A stretch of DNA of 64,000 nt from Candidatus Saccharimonadales bacterium (GTDB lineage: Bacteria; Patescibacteriota; Saccharimonadia; Saccharimonadales; EFPC-124), in assembly GCA_035710125.1 (NCBI GenBank), contig DASTDY010000070.1:25396-89395 (forward strand), given 5' to 3'. The notes below the pieces were generated by a model. The model was not told the origin of the DNA, made no database searches, and saw only the letters and a list, made by a program, of their open reading frames with translations. A program made the translations under genes and the position numbers. Below are positions 9,061-17,227 of this stretch, piece by piece. How positions within the stretch are numbered: position 1 is the first letter of the stretch; every line of letters begins with the position of its first letter.

Positions 9061-10173
9061 GTGAGACTCGCGTTATATCGCACAAAAACCGCAGAGGGAA
9101 TATTGAGACGGGGTATGAAAAAAGCAACCACTATTATTATCAACGGTAAATTATACGATGCCACTACGGGCAAGCCCATGCCGCAGAACGCACCAGGGCA
9201 GCCAAAGGCACCAGTCCCTAAACGACCAATGCGCGCATTTAGCGATATCGGGCCGCATCCTAGCACGATTGCTAGGCCTCAAACCGTAACCCCGACCGCA
9301 CAAGGGCAAGCCAGTGCAAAAGCCCGCGACACGCACCTCCCTGCGCAAGCCATACACGCCAAACCCCAAAAATCGCATACCTTGTACCGCAAGGCGCTTA
9401 AAAAACCAGAGACCACACCCCAACCAGCAAGTTTTAGCACGCAACAATTGCCTACGCGTAGTCCACTTATTAGCAGATTCCACAGCAACGCAACTGTCCA
9501 CACTGACCTCACCCGTAAAGCAGAGAGGGCCAGCCAGGCAGAAGAGGCAATCACCCCTGCGCAAACACACCCAACTGTGGCAAAGATTTTGCAGCAAACC
9601 GCCCCAGCGCCAGTCGCACAGGCGAGCGGCAAAGAGCTAAAAGAACAGCTCATAAAAGAGCGTCTGGCAGAGGTGAGTGACTCACCAAAAGTCACCCACA
9701 AACAAAGCTGGCTAAAGAGTAAACCGCGCATGGCGAGTGTCCTTACGGCAACGCTCGCGCTGTTAGTGCTGGGCGGCTACCTTACATATATGAATTTACC
9801 TGTTATTTCTATGAAGGTTGCTGCATCCCGTGCTGGCGTGAGCGCGACGTTCCCGAATTATAGGCCTGACGGCTACGGACTGAACGGCCCCATCACGTAT
9901 TCACCAGGCGAGGTGAACATAAATTATAAATCGAACACCAACGATAACTCGTTTAAGATCAGCCAAAAGCATTCTAACTGGGACAGCCAGGCGCTGCTCG
10001 ATAATTACGTAACGCGACAAACCGAAAACTACCTCACATTCCAGGAGCGTGGCGTAACCGTATACACCTTTGGCAACAAGGCAGCCTGGGTAAACGGGGG
10101 CCTACTTTATACGCTTGATGGCAATGCCAGTTTAAGCTCAGACCAAGTTTTGCGACTCGCGACAAGCATGTAG
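9061..10173 (+). CDS. Hypothetical membrane-anchored protein with Pro/Gln/Thr-rich linker (GTG start; alternative ATG at 9117)
   Basis: ORF with a low-complexity P/Q/T/A region, one TM (VLTATLALLVLGGYLTYM) and a C-terminal globular domain. No family recognised. Confidence 0.4.
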   Translation: MRLALYRTKTAEGILRRGMKKATTIIINGKLYDATTGKPMPQNAPGQPKAPVPKRPMRAFSDIGPHPSTIARPQTVTPTAQGQASAKARDTHLPAQAIHAKPQKSHTLYRKALKKPETTPQPASFSTQQLPTRSPLISRFHSNATVHTDLTRKAERASQAEEAITPAQTHPTVAKILQQTAPAPVAQASGKELKEQLIKERLAEVSDSPKVTHKQSWLKSKPRMASVLTATLALLVLGGYLTYMNLPVISMKVAASRAGVSATFPNYRPDGYGLNGPITYSPGEVNINYKSNTNDNSFKISQKHSNWDSQALLDNYVTRQTENYLTFQERGVTVYTFGNKAAWVNGGLLYTLDGNASLSSDQVLRLATSM

Positions 10174-10232
10174 CGTATAAGTTTAGGCTGCGGTGCGGCG
10201 TGGTTCTTAGGTAGAACCACGCCGCACCGTTT

Positions 10233-10892
10233 TTAGGCGTCCACCAGCTGGGACTGGGCCTTAGCAACGTCCTGTGGGAACATGGCCTTGGCTTTGTCCT
10301 GGCCAGGTTCCCAGAGTAGTTCCACGCATGATCGGTTGCGATCAGGGGGGCTGTCGTTGCTGAACTCACGAACGATCCGCAGTTGCAGTTCGCCGAGTTG
10401 AATCTGGCGCACCGCGTCGGGCTCGAGAAGACGACAGCACAAAGGCTCTTGTGACCCCTGCAAGAACACCTGCAGCTCGGCGGGGCTCTTGCCCTGCATG
10501 TCGAACATGCACACCTTGAGTTCAAACCCTGCAGCACTCGAACGGTAGAAGCGAACGACGGCCTTCAGACCATCTACCACCTCATTTGCCGACCAGTGCT
10601 GCTGGCCGAACAGGTGATGTGCATATAGCCGGTGGCGCAACAGCATGGCGCACATCGCTGCCGACACAACAAAGCCGGCGGCGCATACACCAAACAGCTG
10701 CCACGACCAAACCGAGGCCGACACCCTGTACACGAGCCAAACGCAGCCCGCTCCGATCAGGACTGCTACCAGAGGCACGTACAGCGACGTGTACTTGGTG
10801 GATCCTGGCTTTCCGGACAACCGGATTGCCAACGACACCAGTACGGGACACGCCACGCACAAACCAATGGCGGCCAAAACCTGGGCGAACAT
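10233..10892 (-). CDS. Hypothetical membrane protein, high-GC islet (start set at MFAQVLAAIG; the longer ORF extension to 11150 overlaps the gltX 5' end and is rejected)
   Basis: Two or three N-terminal TM segments (VLAAIGLCVACPVLVSLAI, LVAVLIGAGCVWLVY, LFGVCAAGFVVSAAMCAML) followed by a soluble domain. About 62% GC. Confidence 0.4.
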   Translation of the reverse strand: MFAQVLAAIGLCVACPVLVSLAIRLSGKPGSTKYTSLYVPLVAVLIGAGCVWLVYRVSASVWSWQLFGVCAAGFVVSAAMCAMLLRHRLYAHHLFGQQHWSANEVVDGLKAVVRFYRSSAAGFELKVCMFDMQGKSPAELQVFLQGSQEPLCCRLLEPDAVRQIQLGELQLRIVREFSNDSPPDRNRSCVELLWEPGQDKAKAMFPQDVAKAQSQLVDA

Positions 10893-10989
10893 GAGTTCCT
10901 TCCCGCTAGATAGATGGACTGCTCCAGCCATTAAACCGCACGCTCGCGACTTGCACAAGTGCAAATTTCGCGCCATACTAGACCAGATC

Positions 10990-12405
10990 ATGAACGTACG
11001 AACACGCTTTGCCCCAAGCCCTACAGGCGCGCTCCACAGTGGTGTGGTGCGGACCGCACTTTTTTCGTGGCTCCTTGCCCGTAAACATGGCGGCCAATTT
11101 TTACTCCGTATAGAAGACACCGACCAAAAACGTGAAATCCAAGGCGGCACGCAAAATATTATCGATAGCTTGCGCTGGATCGGCCTTACATGGGACGAAG
11201 GCCCAGAAGTAGGCGGCCCGTTTGCACCGTATATACAATCGCAGCGCCTAGAAATTTATAAAAAATACGCACAAGAACTCGTAGCTAAAGGCCTTGCTTA
11301 CGCCGACCCCTACACACCAGCCGAACTACAAGCCCTCCGCGAACAAGCCCAAGCCGCAAAACGCCCATTTTTGTACCGCGACCACCGCCCAAAGAACCCG
11401 CCTGTGTGGGATGGTTCCCAGGCGCTACGTATTAAATTAGAGCCTAAATCATGGGAATGGAACGACGCCGTCATGGGCACAGTAAAAATGGGCCCAGAAA
11501 TGATAGACGACTTTATAATCATAAAGGCCGACGGGTTCCCAACGTACAACTTTTGCCACATTATAGATGACCACATTATGGGCATAACCCACGTGCTCCG
11601 TAGCCAAGAGTTTATAAGCTCTGTGCCAAAATTTTTAGCGGCACACGAAGTATTAGGCCTAAAACCGCCAATCAACGCCATTTTGCCGCCAATCATGGAC
11701 GACACTGGCAAACGCAAGCTGAGCAAGCGCCACGGCGCAAAGCCATTGCTTGCATACCGCGACATGGGTATTTTACCCAGTGCTATGATTAATTTTTTGG
11801 CAACAATTGGCTGGAACGACGGTACAGAGCAAGAGGTCTACAGCATTGAAGAACTTATCCAAAAATTCGACCTATCGCGTGTGCAAAAAAGCGGCGGTCG
11901 GTTTGATGAGCAACGGCTTTTGTACCTAAATGGCGTACACATTCGTAACTTAACCCCCGACCAGCTATACAAGCATGTAACTGGTTTTTGGCCAGATGCC
12001 GCAAACGACACACCTGAAGGTTACAAAAAAGCCGTGCTCTCGCTGGTACATGAACGACTTAAGTTCTTTGCTGAGCTGCCCCAATTGACCGATTTTTTCT
12101 TTACCGAGCCGCAGCTGCATGAAGGGCTCTTTGAATCCAACAAACAACTCAAGAAGCTTTCAGCCCAAGAACGCAAAACTATGATAGCGGCAGTAATTGA
12201 AGCCGTGCAAGACAACGACTTTACGATAGAGAGTTTAGAGGCTACGCTTCGCCCGCTGGTAGAAACGCTCAACACCAAAACCGGCGTATTGTTTGGACTA
12301 ATCCGCGCCATAATTACCGGCAGTAGTATAGCGCCAGGCTTGTTTGAAACCATGCATGTACTTGGTAAAGAAAAAGTTCTGGCCCGTCTTAAAAAAGCCT
12401 TGTAA
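10990..12405 (+). CDS. gltX: Glutamate--tRNA ligase
   Basis: RFAPSPTGALHSG (HIGH-class motif) at the N-terminus and the class I catalytic core. Start taken at ATG 10990 (MNVRTRFAPSPTG); the upstream in-frame extension from 10645 has no homology-like features. Confidence 0.9.
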   Translation: MNVRTRFAPSPTGALHSGVVRTALFSWLLARKHGGQFLLRIEDTDQKREIQGGTQNIIDSLRWIGLTWDEGPEVGGPFAPYIQSQRLEIYKKYAQELVAKGLAYADPYTPAELQALREQAQAAKRPFLYRDHRPKNPPVWDGSQALRIKLEPKSWEWNDAVMGTVKMGPEMIDDFIIIKADGFPTYNFCHIIDDHIMGITHVLRSQEFISSVPKFLAAHEVLGLKPPINAILPPIMDDTGKRKLSKRHGAKPLLAYRDMGILPSAMINFLATIGWNDGTEQEVYSIEELIQKFDLSRVQKSGGRFDEQRLLYLNGVHIRNLTPDQLYKHVTGFWPDAANDTPEGYKKAVLSLVHERLKFFAELPQLTDFFFTEPQLHEGLFESNKQLKKLSAQERKTMIAAVIEAVQDNDFTIESLEATLRPLVETLNTKTGVLFGLIRAIITGSSIAPGLFETMHVLGKEKVLARLKKAL

Positions 12406-12413
12406 AAGCGAAA

Positions 12414-12460
12414 CCGCCCAACCCTTTACGTGCACCGAAGTACAAATAAGGGTTGGGCGG
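12414..12460. terminator. 13-bp inverted repeat (ccgcccaaccctt ... aagggttgggcgg) between convergent gltX and the 12485-12886 ORF
   Basis: Arms at 12414-12426 and 12448-12460 with a 21-nt loop. Positioned 9 nt after the gltX stop. Confidence 0.4.
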
Positions 12461-12484
12461 TAGACGCCAGCCGATCCTGCAGCG

Positions 12485-12886
12485 TCAGCCCTGCGGGTGC
12501 CGGGCTGCCAGCTTGTGGTGTCGGTGGCTGTAGACGAACGCGAACGTGTTGATCTGCTGTGTGGATGCCTTCTCGGCGATCTCGGCGAGCACGAGCTTCA
12601 TGTAGTCGGGCGCTGTGGCCCACTCACGGAGCATGCGCCAGAACGCGATCGCAGCGGCTTCCAGCAGCGGAAGCACCACCCGACCCAGCAGCATCGCCTG
12701 AACCATGAGGTAGTAGATTGTGGCTCTCAGGTCCCAGTTGTCTCCGTCGAGCGTGCGCCACAGTGACAGCGCAGCGAACAGAGCGAGCGGGTAGAAACCG
12801 GACGAGCGAGCCTTCAGTGCCTTGGAAAAAGCCGTGGACATCTCACACTCCTCTAACAGGTCGTATCCGGAATTATATAATACCAT
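12485..12886 (-). CDS. Hypothetical protein, high-GC islet (true start possibly at MSTAFSK)
   Basis: 133-aa ORF at about 62% GC. Hydrophobic middle segment (FYPLALFAALSLW, LMVQAMLLGRVVLPLL). No motif recognised. Confidence 0.35.
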   Translation of the reverse strand: MVLYNSGYDLLEECEMSTAFSKALKARSSGFYPLALFAALSLWRTLDGDNWDLRATIYYLMVQAMLLGRVVLPLLEAAAIAFWRMLREWATAPDYMKLVLAEIAEKASTQQINTFAFVYSHRHHKLAARHPQG

Positions 12887-12973
12887 ATAGAATACAATTA
12901 ATCAATACTAGATGCCCATATTATGATCAGAAGTTGCTATTACGCTTATGCATTTTTGCTATAATAAAACAAT

Positions 12974-14068
12974 ATGCGACTCAAAAAGCCAAACCTCTGG
13001 TACAAGCTTAACCAATTCGTAAGCTCCCACCCTAAAGCCTCTGCCGTGCTTAGTTGCTGCATGGTTATTTTAGGGATCGGCGCGGCGGGGGCTGGCTACT
13101 CACTACAAGCGCAGCCTACCACCCAAATTCAGCCCCAAGCCAAGGCCCAAACTGTCCAAACCGCCCAAGATGGCACAAAGACCTTTTATTCGCCCTTAAC
13201 TGGCAAACAGGTGCCCGACGAAGCCACAACAAAACGGCAAGTCACCGCGATTATGCTAGAAAACAGCCCCGATTCACGCCCGCAATCTGGGCTTAAAGCC
13301 TCTGGCGTGGTGTTCGAGGCAATCGCAGAAGGCGGTATTACACGCTTTTTAACCTTGCGACAAGAAGACCGCTCAGGTTTGATCGGACCTGTCCGCAGCC
13401 TGCGGCCATACTATATTGATTGGCTAGCGCCATTTGATGCGTCTGTGGCGCACGTTGGCGGCAGCGCAAACGCACTTGGCGAAATCCGCAACGGCTCATA
13501 CAAAGACATAGACCAGTTCTTTGCCGGCAGCTTTTATTGGCGCGCGACTGACCGCTACGCGCCGCATAATGTGTATACGAATTCAGACAAGCTAGACGCA
13601 CTCAATGCTTCAAAGGGCTTTACTAGCAGTACATTTAATGGTTTTGTGCGTAAACAAGATTCGCCATCGGCCACACCAAATGCCACGCAAATTTCTGTTA
13701 CAGTTTCTGGGCCAACGTACAACAGTGCATACAGCTACGACGCACCAAGCAACAGCTACATCCGCTCCCAGGCTGGCAAGCCGCACACCGACCGCGAAAC
13801 CGGCCAAATCGCCCCAAAAACAGTTATTGTTATGCGAGTGCCGGTACAGATCGGGTACGAAGACGGCTACCGCGAGCAAATGTCTACCCTTGGACACAAC
13901 CAGGCCTATATTTTTCAGGACGGCATTGTAACCGACGGGTTCTGGCGCAAGGACAGCAAAAAAGACCAGATTAAGTTTTACGACAAAGCCGGCGTTGCCG
14001 TAGCACTCAACCCAGGGCAAACCTGGATCACAATAGTCGCACCCGATAAGGCGGTATCATGGCGGTAA
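12974..14068 (+). CDS. DUF3048 (YerB-like) secreted/lipoprotein-type protein
   Basis: N-terminal TM/signal (AVLSCCMVILGIGAAGAG). The core TAIMLENSPDSRPQSGLKASGVVFEAIAEGGITRFLTLRQ matches the characteristic DUF3048 block (from memory of YerB-family proteins). Confidence 0.55.
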   Translation: MRLKKPNLWYKLNQFVSSHPKASAVLSCCMVILGIGAAGAGYSLQAQPTTQIQPQAKAQTVQTAQDGTKTFYSPLTGKQVPDEATTKRQVTAIMLENSPDSRPQSGLKASGVVFEAIAEGGITRFLTLRQEDRSGLIGPVRSLRPYYIDWLAPFDASVAHVGGSANALGEIRNGSYKDIDQFFAGSFYWRATDRYAPHNVYTNSDKLDALNASKGFTSSTFNGFVRKQDSPSATPNATQISVTVSGPTYNSAYSYDAPSNSYIRSQAGKPHTDRETGQIAPKTVIVMRVPVQIGYEDGYREQMSTLGHNQAYIFQDGIVTDGFWRKDSKKDQIKFYDKAGVAVALNPGQTWITIVAPDKAVSWR

Positions 14069-15588
14069 AAATCCACGAGTTCTTTACCACGTACAACCGC
14101 AAGGCAACGATGATTTTCTTGGCGCTGCAAACCGTGGCAGCCCTGTTTGCCGGTTGCCTGGCTTGGCTTGCGTGGCACAGTATGGACCTCAGCCCGATTG
14201 CCAGCCTTATTGTTGGCCTGCTTGTTATGGTAGCGACAAATGGCATTGCAGCGGTATTGCTACTGTCTTACACAAGCGAACCGCTGCGCATTTTGAGCCA
14301 GGCGGTCGCACATGTGTCAAACGACCCGGTAGTAACACCACCGCCAGATATAAACATAAAGCGCTACGAACACTCTGGGCTCAAGGCCATGGTTAAGGCC
14401 ATTTACGAACTTGCCGTGGCGTCGCCAAGCTCACCGCCAACAACGACCGACCAGTCCACAAACCCCGACTTTTTTAGATTTTTAGCAGATGGTATGCCCA
14501 GCGGCATAATCGCGCTCGATGCAAACGGAGCAATCATGTACGCCAACGCTGCTGCGCCTGTGAATGCGACCTCACACGGCACACAAGAGATTAATTTAAT
14601 TTTTGAACAAAACGACGACCTCGCCAAATGGCTGGCTGACTGCCAAGCCAACAAAGTGCGCGACGACCACCTGTGGCTTCGGGTCGCTAACCAAATGCCT
14701 GGAGCGGCCGACCGGCGCATTTTTGACGTTGCTGGCCACTACCAAAAAAATGCCCAAGGCGGCATAGAGGTATTACTAGTGGCGTTCGACCGTACCGCAG
14801 CCTACGCACCCGACCAAGACGACATGGACTTTATTGCCCTTGCCGCACATGAACTGCGCGGGCCAATTACCGTCATCCGCGGTTATCTAGATGTGTTCAA
14901 CGAAGAAATCGGCCAAAGCCTCACTGCCGAACAGCACATTTTACTGGAGCGTTTGCAGGTTTCGGCCGAGCGGTTATCTGGATACATTAATAATATTCTT
15001 AATGTATCGCGCTATGACCGCGACCGGTTTAGTATGCATCCCCAAGAAGAACAGCTTATGGACATTTTAAAGGGCCTAGCACCAGACCTTGCACTCCGTG
15101 CCCGTACTCAGCGCCGCAAATTGACGTTTCAGATCCCTAATGACTTGCCAACTATTGCCGCCGACCGCACCAGCCTAAGCGAAGTTATTGTAAACCTAAT
15201 AGATAACGCAATAAAATACAGCCACGAGAACGGCGAAGTAACAATCGCTGCTGCCCGCAAAGAAAACATGGTAGAAATTACCGTAACCGACCACGGCATA
15301 GGCATGCCAGGCGCGGTAGTCAACAACTTGTTTAACAAATTCTACAGATCGCACCGCTCACGCGAGGCTGTTGGCGGCACCGGCCTAGGACTGTATATTT
15401 GCAAAGCCATCGTAGAAGGCCACGGCGGCACCATTTGGGTACGCTCTAAAGAAGGGCAGGGTACAACCTTTGGCTTTACACTCCCAGTGTACGCCACCGT
15501 TGCGCAGAAGCTGGCAAACGGCGATAATAAAGACATTGTTCAACGTAGCGAAGGCTGGATAAAAAACCACGCGATGTACCGGAGGTAG
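14059..15588 (+). CDS. Sensor histidine kinase (2 TM, HisKA + HATPase_c)
   Basis: H-box ALAAHELRGPITVIRGYLD, N-box IDNAIKYS, G-boxes VTDHGIGMP and GGTGLGLYICKAIVEGHGGTIWV. Two N-terminal TM segments. Confidence 0.85.
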   Translation: MAVKIHEFFTTYNRKATMIFLALQTVAALFAGCLAWLAWHSMDLSPIASLIVGLLVMVATNGIAAVLLLSYTSEPLRILSQAVAHVSNDPVVTPPPDINIKRYEHSGLKAMVKAIYELAVASPSSPPTTTDQSTNPDFFRFLADGMPSGIIALDANGAIMYANAAAPVNATSHGTQEINLIFEQNDDLAKWLADCQANKVRDDHLWLRVANQMPGAADRRIFDVAGHYQKNAQGGIEVLLVAFDRTAAYAPDQDDMDFIALAAHELRGPITVIRGYLDVFNEEIGQSLTAEQHILLERLQVSAERLSGYINNILNVSRYDRDRFSMHPQEEQLMDILKGLAPDLALRARTQRRKLTFQIPNDLPTIAADRTSLSEVIVNLIDNAIKYSHENGEVTIAAARKENMVEITVTDHGIGMPGAVVNNLFNKFYRSHRSREAVGGTGLGLYICKAIVEGHGGTIWVRSKEGQGTTFGFTLPVYATVAQKLANGDNKDIVQRSEGWIKNHAMYRR

Positions 15589-15593
15589 GCAAA

Positions 15594-15980
15594 ATGGCGG
15601 CAATTAAAACAATCCTGTGCATAGAAGACGACTTATTTATTGGCGATATGTACGCCCGGAGCCTACGCAAAGCCGGCTTCGAGGTAGATCTTATGACAAG
15701 CGGCAACCAAGGCCTGAATGCAGCGCTCTCTAAAAAATACGACCTTATACTTTTAGATATCTTGCTGCCCGAAAAGCACGGCACCGAAATCTTACAGACC
15801 CTTCGCGGCCAAGGCAAAGACCTTGTGCCAGATTCGCGCATTTTAGTACTGACTAACTTTAGCCAAGACGACGAATCGCGCCTTGCCATGCAAAACAAGG
15901 CTGACGGCTACCTTATTAAAGCCGATATTACTCCGCGCAAACTTATAGACATTATAGAGAGCTTGCAAACCACTACTTAG
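15594..15980 (+). CDS. Response regulator, receiver (REC) domain only, no output domain
   Basis: 128 aa. ILCIEDD...DLILLDILLP (phospho-acceptor Asp context) and the T/K positions of CheY-like REC. Immediately downstream of the kinase. Confidence 0.8.
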   Translation: MAAIKTILCIEDDLFIGDMYARSLRKAGFEVDLMTSGNQGLNAALSKKYDLILLDILLPEKHGTEILQTLRGQGKDLVPDSRILVLTNFSQDDESRLAMQNKADGYLIKADITPRKLIDIIESLQTTT

Positions 15981-16029
15981 CTTTATATAGTGGTTAGGTT
16001 CGGTTTTCTGTTTTTGGAGAGGGCTTTTT

Positions 16030-16773
16030 ATGGACGTCTTTCGACTGCATGAGGGCGAACTGCAAACCGCGGTTCTGGAGCTCGAGCACCCCGAACTGCG
16101 GCGCGTGAAACTGGTGGCCGTGTGCGACATTGGCAGGCCTGACTACTTCCGAGTGATCAAGCACCATGCCGGCCAGCAGACCAGCGATGTGTGGCTGGGG
16201 TTCGAGGCATTGCGAGAGGTAGAGGTTAGTGCGGAACTCTCGCACGGGCTGTCAAAGCGCGTAGAGACCATGCGTAACCACCTGATCGGCCGCAACAAAC
16301 TGGCGAACGCCGTTGGTCTCATGACGCTGCGCCAGCGGCTGCTCGACCTCGACGGCGTGAACCTTGGCCTGCCGCTCAACGTGTTCGTGCAGCACATGAC
16401 CAAACAGCACTACTCCGGAGTAAAGAGGTTCACGACGATCGCCAAGCTGGTAGTCAAGGCTACCGACAGCCAACGTGCCCGCAAAGCCGAAAAGGCGCGC
16501 GCAACCTGCCGCAAGCTGATCCGCAAGTCACTGTCGGGCCAGCTCAGGAACGTGAACGATCCGCGCAAGCTTGCACGTATGAACCAGGAGGACGCACGGC
16601 AGAACGACGTCACGTTCTCGCTGGCCTACAACCAGTTGAACCAAGGCAAGAGGGTCCATCTGGTTCTGCCGTCGGCGCATGCGCACGACATCGCCACCAG
16701 GCTGATCGGCGACGGTTACCAACTGGCCAACCAGCAATGGGTGGACTGCTTGAACCTCGACCATCTGGGATAA
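16030..16773 (+). CDS. Hypothetical protein, high-GC islet
   Basis: 247-aa ORF at about 62% GC. Basic/alpha-helical C-terminal half. No motif recognised. Confidence 0.4.
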   Translation: MDVFRLHEGELQTAVLELEHPELRRVKLVAVCDIGRPDYFRVIKHHAGQQTSDVWLGFEALREVEVSAELSHGLSKRVETMRNHLIGRNKLANAVGLMTLRQRLLDLDGVNLGLPLNVFVQHMTKQHYSGVKRFTTIAKLVVKATDSQRARKAEKARATCRKLIRKSLSGQLRNVNDPRKLARMNQEDARQNDVTFSLAYNQLNQGKRVHLVLPSAHAHDIATRLIGDGYQLANQQWVDCLNLDHLG

Positions 16774-16785
16774 GCCGATACCAGG

Positions 16786-16815
16786 GCAGCGCCGTGTATC
16801 CGTACACGGCGCTGC
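16786..16815 (+). terminator. Hairpin gcagcgccgtgta-tccg-tacacggcgctgc after the 16030-16773 ORF
   Basis: 13-bp perfect stem with a 4-nt loop, 13 nt after the stop. The downstream tract is not strongly T-rich. Confidence 0.4.
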
Positions 16816-16966
16816 TCTGCCAGCCCAATTTATAAATGCGGCACGGCGTCGGACCGATGCGGCACGCTTTGTATACGCGCCACCACTTGGATTCTAAAAT
16901 TATTACCTCGTATAGACACAACACCTCTGTTATGTTATTATTCTACACGTCTTCATGACGCAACAT

Positions 16967-17041
16967 GGCCCTATCGTCTAGCGGTTAGGACGCCGCCCTC
17001 TCACGGCGGCAACCCGGGTTCGAGTCCCGGTAGGGTCACCA
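16967..17041 (+). tRNA. tRNA-Glu (anticodon CTC), CCA encoded
   Basis: GGCCCTATCGTCTAGCGGTTAGGACGCCGCCCTCTCACGGCGGCAACCCGGGTTCGAGTCCCGGTAGGGTCACCA. The acceptor pairs (one G-U), the anticodon stem is CCGCC/GGCGG with loop CTCTCAC, and the T-arm is CCGGG TTCGAGT CCCGG. Confidence 0.85.
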
Positions 17042-17059
17042 TGAATTATTCCAACTCAC

Positions 17060-17122
17060 AACAGAGGTAAAAAGTCCCAGAAATATTACTGGGACTTTTT
17101 ACTAGTTAGCCACCTCTGTTAT
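17060..17122. repeat. Nested inverted repeats immediately 3' of tRNA-Glu: outer aacagaggt/acctctgtt (17060-17068 / 17112-17120) enclosing hairpin aaaaagtccca-N10-tgggacttttt (17069-17100)
   Basis: Read directly. The inner hairpin with flanking A/T runs looks like a bidirectional intrinsic terminator. The outer arm motif cacctctgttat also occurs as a direct copy upstream of the tRNA (16922-16933 vs 17111-17122). Confidence 0.6.
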
Positions 17123-17227
17123 TTTGATATTTGATCGCCATAGGGCTGCGTAGATGAGAGCGAGGCGAAGATAAGCAAGTATTTTGCAGTGAGAGCAAAA
17201 GGATGAATACGACCTGATCATTACAGC

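Noticed and set aside
10645-10989. N-terminal extension of the gltX ORF (586-aa version)
   Set aside because: The extension overlaps the opposite-strand membrane ORF and lacks GluRS features. The HIGH-motif region begins right after ATG 10990.
10893-11150. Upstream extension of the high-GC membrane ORF to 11150
   Set aside because: It would overlap the 5' end of gltX on the other strand. Composition switches to core-like there, and the internal Met (MFAQVLAAIG) is a plausible start.
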